Positions 57,670 to 64,000 of a stretch of DNA of 64,000 nucleotides are shown in pieces. Origin of the DNA: an uncultured Candidatus Saccharibacteria bacterium. GTDB taxonomy: Bacteria; Patescibacteriota; WWE3; UBA101185; UBA10185. Each line of letters starts with the position of its first letter. Position 1 is the stretch's first letter. The stretch covers positions 109,271-173,270 of the forward strand of contig CAYNBT010000001.1 in assembly GCA_964396025.1 (NCBI GenBank). The letters run 5' to 3'. The notes below the pieces were generated by a model. The model was not told the DNA's origin. It ran no database searches and saw only the letters and a list, made by a program, of their open reading frames with translations. The position numbers and the translations under genes are program-made.

Positions 57670-60300
57670 TCAAAGCTTAGGTTCTTCAAAGACTTCCAAG
57701 CCAAGACTTACCTCATCACCCAAAGTGAGCTCGTTTGCCAGGAGTTTGACCGCTAAGTAGGTTTCAACATATTCTTCTATGACACGTGCTAGAGGTCTGG
57801 CGCCAAGTTCAGGATTAAAACCACGACGAGTTAGCTCATCGATCAGTTCAGGCTTAAATGAAACCTTGATACCTTTTTCTTCCGCCATTTTTCTTACTCT
57901 GTTTAAAACTAGATCAGCAATTTTCCTCACTGCTGGTACATCCAAAGGTTTAAATACAATTACACCATTGAAACGGTTTAGAAACTCGGGGGCATATTTG
58001 GAGTGCACATCTTTCATGGCAGCGTCCTTCATATCTTCAAAGGATCCACCATTTGCAGATATTTCCTGAATGGCTCTTGTGCCTACATTACTCGTGGCAA
58101 TGATAATGGTGTTCGTGAAATCAATTGTAAGACCGGAAGAATCGGTTAGACGGCCATCATCTAGAACCTGCAAAAAGGTTAGTAAAATGTTGGAATATGC
58201 CTTTTCTATCTCATCTAATAAAATGAGCGCGAACGGGCGAGTGCGCACAGCCTCCGTTAATATTCCTTTAGTTTTTCCATCTGGAGAACCTACAAGCCTG
58301 TTTATGCTGTCTTGCTGTTGATATTCAGACATATCTAGACGAACCATGTTCTTGGAATCACCAAAGTAAGCCTTGGCCAATGCCTTAGCGGTCTGAGTCT
58401 TTCCCACACCAGTCGTACCTACGAACAAAAAGCTCGCGATGGGCTTACCTTCATCCCTTATTCCAACTCTTGCACGCTTTAACGCAGCTCCGATTTGAAT
58501 TATTGCGGGATCTTGACCAATCACGTCTTGACGCATGAGTTCTTCAATTTTAAGCAGTTTTGCAGTTTCTTCTTGGGTAAGAGATGACACTGGAACATGG
58601 GTAATTTGAGATATCTCCATTGCCACATCCTCTGCGGTCACCTCACGTTTCTTCTTGGATACTGAAGCACAGGCGCGATTTAGCACGTCTATTGCTTTGT
58701 CAGGAAATACGCGCTCATGAATAAGACGTTTTGAAAGCTCTATCGTTCTAACCAAGGCAGGGTAAGAAATAACAATGTTATAGGAGTGTTCAAAATCCCT
58801 TGCAACAATTTTCAGAATATCGAGGGTTTCCTCTACACTAGACTCCGGTATTTCTACCACTGAAAAAAGTCGAGAAAATGAACCAACGGGTTCAATATAC
58901 TTGCGATAGTTTTGTGCGCTTGTAGCAGCAATAAACTGATTTTTCCCTGATGACAGGTAAGGTTCAAATACTGTAAAAGGACTTGCGGTCTCTGAATTAC
59001 CGCCATTATCTGCAGCAATAAGATTATGTATCTCGTCAATAAACAATATTATGTCCTTCGAACTCTCTACATCTTTCATTAATTTCTGAATACGCTCGGC
59101 TACTTCTCCAGAAGTCCTTGCACCTGCAATCAGACTTCCAGTATCCAAACTCACAATTCTCTTAAATTTTAATGAGTCGTATTTTGTACCATGCACAACT
59201 TGGTGGGCCAAACATTTCACTAGAGAAGATTTACCACTACCAGGAGACCCTGTAATGATAACGTTCTCAGTTGTGGAACCGCTTAGAATATCTGCTATCT
59301 GTTCCAACGGGCCTGTCCTCGCCAAAAGACGTTTGAATTTTCCATATTTGGCCATTTCCGTAAAGTCTACTGAAAAGGAATCTAGATACTTAGTAACTCT
59401 TCCTGTCATTCCTCTGTTTGTACCACCCATAATAGGTGGCTCGTAATCTTCTTGCCAAAAATGTACTTTTGCCAAATGCTCTCTATCTTCAAGGGTCCAT
59501 TGAACAGCAGCTTCGAAGTGAGAAAGTTTTGAACCTAATGCAGCTAATAACACATCATATTTTGGCGTGTTTTTTAGTACTGCTAAAAGCAAATGCTCCA
59601 TTTCAATGTAGCGGCATTTTGTCTGAATTGCATATTCATAGGATGTTGCTAAGAGGTCTTCAAACTTGAATTTGACGTTTTGGGAAACAAACCGCTCGAC
59701 CAGTTGTTCTGCTGATGTTTCGGTGCGTTTAAGCAAATCCTGCATATCTCTTTCGCATAACATTTGCAGCAAATGTTTAGCATCAAAGTCTGAAAACGTG
59801 TTGAGATAAACTTTTGCATGGGGACGCATAGCTAATGAGGCGCTATCCCGCTTTACAGAAGCAACTCTTTGCAAAGGCACGTTTGACCTTAACAGTTCCC
59901 AAAAGACAAAATGTAAGATAAAAACAGGCACAAACCAAAATTCCAAGTAGTAGATTAGAACTAGAGGCATAAAATACCACAATACAGGCAAAGTAAAAGT
60001 CACAAAAGCTAAAAACAACAAAATAGGTATGCTCAGGAGTAACTTTACAGTACGATACATAAGACCCATTGCTCTGCCAACAATCGTGTAATCACCAAAG
60101 AGTGGCGTGAATAAAAGTCTAATTGTGAGGAAGAATGAAAGCTCGTTGTTTACTAAGGACAAAAAATTTCTTGATATGTGGAAAAGACGTTTAGGAAATT
60201 TTACTAACCACCAAATGATAAATTCAGTTGCCCGGTTGTACATTATATTGCTCATCATATAAATTAAAGCATTCATTAGTTGTTCATTGCAAGGATACAT
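57670..60300 (-). CDS. Clp/Hsp100-family double-AAA+ ATPase (ClpC/ClpA-like) with N-terminal 4-TM membrane anchor
   Basis: Residues about 20-165 hydrophobic (4 TM). Clp_N-like repeat …[14 protein letters not shown]…. AAA-1 Walker [10 protein letters not shown]; AAA-2 Walker [14 protein letters not shown]; sensor/C-terminal D2-small domain; short middle region, so not a long ClpB M-domain. Confidence 0.8.
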   Translation of the reverse strand: MYPCNEQLMNALIYMMSNIMYNRATEFIIWWLVKFPKRLFHISRNFLSLVNNELSFFLTIRLLFTPLFGDYTIVGRAMGLMYRTVKLLLSIPILLFLAFVTFTLPVLWYFMPLVLIYYLEFWFVPVFILHFVFWELLRSNVPLQRVASVKRDSASLAMRPHAKVYLNTFSDFDAKHLLQMLCERDMQDLLKRTETSAEQLVERFVSQNVKFKFEDLLATSYEYAIQTKCRYIEMEHLLLAVLKNTPKYDVLLAALGSKLSHFEAAVQWTLEDREHLAKVHFWQEDYEPPIMGGTNRGMTGRVTKYLDSFSVDFTEMAKYGKFKRLLARTGPLEQIADILSGSTTENVIITGSPGSGKSSLVKCLAHQVVHGTKYDSLKFKRIVSLDTGSLIAGARTSGEVAERIQKLMKDVESSKDIILFIDEIHNLIAADNGGNSETASPFTVFEPYLSSGKNQFIAATSAQNYRKYIEPVGSFSRLFSVVEIPESSVEETLDILKIVARDFEHSYNIVISYPALVRTIELSKRLIHERVFPDKAIDVLNRACASVSKKKREVTAEDVAMEISQITHVPVSSLTQEETAKLLKIEELMRQDVIGQDPAIIQIGAALKRARVGIRDEGKPIASFLFVGTTGVGKTQTAKALAKAYFGDSKNMVRLDMSEYQQQDSINRLVGSPDGKTKGILTEAVRTRPFALILLDEIEKAYSNILLTFLQVLDDGRLTDSSGLTIDFTNTIIIATSNVGTRAIQEISANGGSFEDMKDAAMKDVHSKYAPEFLNRFNGVIVFKPLDVPAVRKIADLVLNRVRKMAEEKGIKVSFKPELIDELTRRGFNPELGARPLARVIEEYVETYLAVKLLANELTLGDEVSLGLEVFEEPKL

Positions 60301-60303
60301 ATC

Positions 60304-60331
60304 TTTAGTGCGGCCACATTTGTGGCCGCAC
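60304..60331. promoter_or_regulatory. Perfect inverted repeat AGTGCGGCCAC-n4-GTGGCCGCACT immediately 5' of the clp-like start codon
   Basis: 11-bp perfect arms with a 4-nt spacer. 7 nt after the upstream gene stop and 6 nt before the ATG at 60300. No U-tract follows, so it is not a canonical terminator. Confidence 0.4.
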
Positions 60332-60339
60332 TGGCAATG

Positions 60340-60921
60340 TTAGAAACTCTGAGCATCAAATTCAAAATCAAACATAGCTGATTTACCTTGCTTTGTGCTG
60401 GAAACTGAGTCAGTAGAAAACTTAAGTAACACTCCTTTTACTTCCCCAGAGGTAAGAGTGCCCAAATCAAACCCTTCTGTTTTCCACTTCACAATTGATT
60501 TTTTCCCTAATGATGTACTTAACTCTTCTGTCTCAGCCAAACCGTTGTTGTTGGCATCTGCCCATACATAGGGCTCCACGAATATAAGTTGTCTTAACTC
60601 ATCAGGATCGTTTGCCGTGGCATATTCAGCACGCGAAGTTAGTATAAGATTCGAAGTAGAATTATTGTAAATCTTGACCAAATAGGAATCTCCCCAATCC
60701 GAAGTCACATTGTTAAACTCAGGTCCTGTCAGCTCCGACACTAGGTTTTCGGTGTTTACACCCCCACTAAGATTGCTTAGAAGCTTTATTTCTGCACTAG
60801 CAACAGTGAACTTGGAACCCAGCACCTTGGAATTCCCAAGAAACACAGCATAACCTACACCAGCACCAATTAACAAGGAACTCAAAAGCAAAACAGGCAT
60901 CATAAAATATCGCTTATTCAT
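60340..60921 (-). CDS. Secreted/anchored protein with TasA/camelysin-like (SipW-cognate-type) N-terminus, hypothetical
   Basis: Signal/anchor MMPVLLLSSLLIGAGVGYAVF followed by …FTVASAEIKL…; Asn/Ser/Thr-rich beta-type body. Weak resemblance only. Confidence 0.3.
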   Translation of the reverse strand: MNKRYFMMPVLLLSSLLIGAGVGYAVFLGNSKVLGSKFTVASAEIKLLSNLSGGVNTENLVSELTGPEFNNVTSDWGDSYLVKIYNNSTSNLILTSRAEYATANDPDELRQLIFVEPYVWADANNNGLAETEELSTSLGKKSIVKWKTEGFDLGTLTSGEVKGVLLKFSTDSVSSTKQGKSAMFDFEFDAQSF

Positions 60922-61622
60922 TTTTTCACCTCCTTTCTGTCAGAATTGAATGTCTCAAAAATGTTCAATGCCTTTAAACTTGAAAAAGTATTTTCACAGA
61001 TAATCAAATGATCAATAAGCGCAATGCCCAAAACAGCCCCAACCGAAGCGATCTTTTCAGTCAACACTATATCTTCAGAACTAGGCGTAGTATCGTTGGA
61101 AGGGTGATTGTGGCATAAAACAAATGACACGGCCTCGCGACGTAAAACCTGCATGAACACTTCCCTAGGGGAAACCAATGTCTCGTTTATACTACCAACA
61201 GAAAGTAAGTCTTTTGAAATAAACCTGTTGCGAGAATCAAGAGACACTAAAATAAGCAACTCTCTCTTTTGCCCTATAAAATCCCTGTGTACTAACTCAA
61301 AAACATCTTCTGGAGATTTGATTTTCTTACTCTCTTCTGTCACATCACAATAAAGTCGTAGGGAAAGCTCGCCAAGCGCTAAGATTGCACAAGCTTTGGC
61401 TACTCCTAAGTGTTTGATTGAAAGAAGTTGTTGAATGGTTACTGTTTTTAAGCCCGATATACCACCGAACTGGGTAATGATTCTTGTTGCCAGTTCCAAA
61501 ACACTGCTGTCTTTGCCTCCGACACGCATCACTAGGGCCAACAATTCTGCATTTGAAAGCGAGGATGAGCCATACTTTATCAAACGTTCTCTAGGCATCA
61601 ATTCTGGTGAGGCAAATGTCAT
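60918..61622 (-). CDS. radC: RadC-like JAB/MPN-domain protein (UPF0758)
   Basis: N-terminal HhH-like …LSNAELLALVMRVGGKD…; JAMM region …VLCHNHPSNDTTPSSEDI…. Confidence 0.8.
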   Translation of the reverse strand: MTFASPELMPRERLIKYGSSSLSNAELLALVMRVGGKDSSVLELATRIITQFGGISGLKTVTIQQLLSIKHLGVAKACAILALGELSLRLYCDVTEESKKIKSPEDVFELVHRDFIGQKRELLILVSLDSRNRFISKDLLSVGSINETLVSPREVFMQVLRREAVSFVLCHNHPSNDTTPSSEDIVLTEKIASVGAVLGIALIDHLIICENTFSSLKALNIFETFNSDRKEVKK

Positions 61623-61688
61623 ATTGACAATTTACATTATTATAATTTATATTGGAATAATAATATTTCTATTATAAATGGAGATAAC

Positions 61689-61976
61689 TTGGACAAAACC
61701 TTACCTAATCATATCAAACAAATAAGAGAACGTAACAAGCTCTCACAAGAACGTTTTGGGAAAAAGATAGGTATTTCGGGGAAAGCTGTCTCTGCGTATG
61801 AAACTGGCAGAGCTACACCTTCTCTTAAAGTACTAGAAAACATATCTAACACCTACAAAACTTCTTTCACATCTCTTACTAAAAGCGATAAGGAAAAATT
61901 ATCGGAAAAAATATCTAAACTAGAAGAAACTTTGTCAGAACTTAAAATAATTTTCTTTGAGTATGGCAATACTTAG
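61689..61976 (+). CDS. XRE-family HTH transcriptional regulator (Cro/C1-type)
   Basis: …IKQIRERNKLSQERFGKKIGISGKAVSAYETGRATPS… is the canonical HTH_3 pattern. Divergent from radC across an AT-rich 66-bp spacer. Confidence 0.7.
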   Translation: MDKTLPNHIKQIRERNKLSQERFGKKIGISGKAVSAYETGRATPSLKVLENISNTYKTSFTSLTKSDKEKLSEKISKLEETLSELKIIFFEYGNT

Positions 61977-61992
61977 CAGAAACGACTAAATA

Positions 61993-62445
<453 letters not shown>

Positions 62446-62447
62446 AT

Positions 62448-62891
62448 TTATTTACTTTCTTTCTTTGAGGCCGTATGAGCCATGTGAGGATGCTGAGCAT
62501 CGTTATATACATACAAATTACCGATTCTGACTTTTCTAAGTTTGTTTTTTGGCAGCATACCTTCTACAGCACGTCTTAAAACATCAGAAGGATCCTTATC
62601 CCAAAGCTCTTTTAGTTGTTGACTTCTAAAACCTCCTGGAAATCCAGTGTGTCTGTAATAAATCTTCTTGTTCATTTTGTCACCTGTTACAACAAGTTTA
62701 GAAGCGTTGATAACCACTACTTTGTCACCTGTGTCTAAATTTGGAACGTAAGAAGCTTTGTCTTTTCCAAGTAACTTTGCCGCAATGTTGGCTGCCAAAC
62801 GCCCAAGTACTTGCCCTGTGGCATCAACTTGATACCAAGACTTTCCTGACAATACTTCTTTTGGACTAGGTGTTTTAGTTGTGTTATTCAT
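62448..62891 (-). CDS. rplM: 50S ribosomal protein L13
   Basis: …WYQVDATGQVLGRLAANIAAKLLGK…YYRHTGFPGG…; start trimmed to MNNTTKTP. Confidence 0.9.
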   Translation of the reverse strand: MNNTTKTPSPKEVLSGKSWYQVDATGQVLGRLAANIAAKLLGKDKASYVPNLDTGDKVVVINASKLVVTGDKMNKKIYYRHTGFPGGFRSQQLKELWDKDPSDVLRRAVEGMLPKNKLRKVRIGNLYVYNDAQHPHMAHTASKKESK

Positions 62892-63357
62892 TGTTTTCTC
62901 CTTTAGTCTCAGCTGTTTTTTTCTTGACTGTTGGTTTCTTTGTAGCAACTTTAGCTGATTTTGAATCTTTCTTTTCTGCCTTAACTACAGGTTTTTTTGT
63001 ATCTTCAACAAACTCTATTCTAGCCATAGCAGCTTTATCTCCTGATCTAAAACCTAGTTTAGTAATTCTAGTGTATCCGCCAGCCCTAGTAGCAAATCGC
63101 TTTGCAAGATCTGAAGTAAGTATTCTTAAGGCTTCTTTATTACCAAGTGCAGTATCTAAATTCTTAAGTACACTAAAATTTTCAGCCTTACGGGATTTGG
63201 TAATGAGTTTCTCGACAAATGATCTTACATACTTCGCCTTAGCTATAGTAGTTTCAATCTTGCCTGACTTAATTAATGACGCAGCCAAATTCTTTAACAA
63301 AGCTTTTCTGTGTGCTGAATCAATATCAAGTTTTTTCTTAGAAACTCGATGACGCAT
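62884..63357 (-). CDS. rplQ: 50S ribosomal protein L17
   Basis: MRHRVSKKKLDIDSAHRKALLKNLAASLIKSGKIETTIAKAKYVR… with a Lys/Ala-rich C-terminal tail. Confidence 0.9.
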   Translation of the reverse strand: MRHRVSKKKLDIDSAHRKALLKNLAASLIKSGKIETTIAKAKYVRSFVEKLITKSRKAENFSVLKNLDTALGNKEALRILTSDLAKRFATRAGGYTRITKLGFRSGDKAAMARIEFVEDTKKPVVKAEKKDSKSAKVATKKPTVKKKTAETKGENNE

Positions 63358-64000
63358 TTATTTATCCAAACCTTCCTTTTCGAGTAATTTCTTAATTTCT
63401 ACGATTGATTTGTCACCAAGATTTTTGATATCTGCTAACTCATCGTCGCTTTTTCCAGCAAGTTCAGAAAGTGTATCTATACCATGCTTTTTCAAAGCAT
63501 TGATTGTTCTGGTAGGTAAAGGTAATTCCTCGACAGCAATATCCTCTTCACTCTTTGAAGATGCTTGTGCAGTACCTGCCGCAGCAGCTTCTACTTCTAG
63601 CTTGGGATCTTCACCCTCTGCGAATCTTCCGAAGAAATCTCTCAATAGGTTTGCTGACTTTGCGAGTGCATCTGCAGGATCTAATGTCCCATCGGTATCG
63701 ATGGTAATCACAAGCTTATCCAAGTCAGTAACACTACCCATACGTGCTGCCTCTATGCTGTAGTTTACATTCACTACAGGTGAGAAAAGAGCATCAAGAA
63801 GTATTACACCAATCTTAGAGGATTCTCTACCCTCAGTAGGAGAATAACCAACTCCAGGCTCAATAACCAATTCAACTTCAAATGCAGCTGTCTTATCGTT
63901 TAGTGTAGCTATATGCTGATCTTTGTTCACAATTTCAACATCAGAAGAAAGTTCTATATCTGCAGCGGTTACTGTTCCTTGTCCTTTTTTATTAATTCTT
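63358..64000 (-). CDS. rpoA: DNA-directed RNA polymerase alpha subunit (C-terminal two-thirds; 5' end beyond window)
   Basis: …GTVTAADIELSSDVEIVNKDQHI… aligns to the E. coli alpha NTD; alpha-CTD …LPLPTRTINALKKHGIDTLSELAGKSDDEL…. The frame remains open to position 64000. Confidence 0.85.
   Translation of the reverse strand, partial: RINKKGQGTVTAADIELSSDVEIVNKDQHIATLNDKTAAFEVELVIEPGVGYSPTEGRESSKIGVILLDALFSPVVNVNYSIEAARMGSVTDLDKLVITIDTDGTLDPADALAKSANLLRDFFGRFAEGEDPKLEVEAAAAGTAQASSKSEEDIAVEELPLPTRTINALKKHGIDTLSELAGKSDDELADIKNLGDKSIVEIKKLLEKEGLDK

Noticed and set aside
57670-57675. CTT TGA motif suggestive of the classical prfB +1 frameshift site
   Set aside because: It is the stop codon of the upstream clp-like gene, lies 38 nt upstream of the RF2 ATG, and the RF2 N-terminus is complete without frameshifting.
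62879-63352. 157-aa plus-strand ORF and many other 60-120-aa ORFs antisense to clear genes (e.g. 4518..4739, 49218..49577, 58070..58321, 63410..63763)
   Set aside because: Each lies opposite a well-supported conserved gene (rplQ, a methyltransferase, recJ, clp, rpoA). The products are low-complexity or Cys/Ser-rich without motifs, so these are spurious antisense frames.

Overview
AT-rich bacterial chromosomal segment with about 60 genes, roughly 90% of them on the minus strand. Gene content is Firmicutes-like or Candidate Phyla Radiation-like: rny-ymdB pair, DUF4446, DUF3048, separate secD and secF, many GT-C membrane glycosyltransferases. No integrase, transposase, CRISPR array, tRNA or rRNA was recognised.

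Left half (1-32.9 kb): a single co-directional, tightly packed run of about 28 genes (frequent 4-60 nt overlaps) for cell-surface or protein glycosylation. It contains GDP-fucose synthesis (gmd-fcl), UDP-glucose 6-dehydrogenase, five GT2 enzymes (three or four are DPM1/GtrB-like polyprenol-phosphate sugar synthases, one fused to a GtrA domain), five GT4 enzymes, a CgeB-like GT, six or seven GT-C-type membrane transferases (YfhO-like x2, PMT/ArnT-like x4, DUF2079), two Wzx-like flippases, one LPG-synthase-TM 'flippase-like' protein, three consecutive SAM methyltransferases, and a CAP/SCP-domain membrane protein.

Right half: bacterial SET-domain protein; AdoMetDC (speH) convergent with a deoxyhypusine-synthase-like gene; a split membrane/PAS histidine-kinase module; hup; ymdB-rny; recX-recA; a response regulator/histidine kinase pair; gltX; a D-Ala-D-Ala carboxypeptidase; ybaK; recJ; an anomalous ~1.05 kb GC-rich, ORF-free, hairpin-dense region (candidate structured ncRNA(s), the region with the best claim to novelty in this window); secDF; a wHTH-nucleotidyltransferase; DUF3048; DUF4446; prfB (no programmed frameshift); a membrane-anchored Clp/Hsp100 ATPase preceded by a perfect 11-bp palindrome; a TasA-like secreted protein; radC; an XRE regulator; rpsI-rplM and rplQ-rpoA (partial).

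All calls are from reading the translated ORFs and the nucleotide sequence by eye. No database searches were run.
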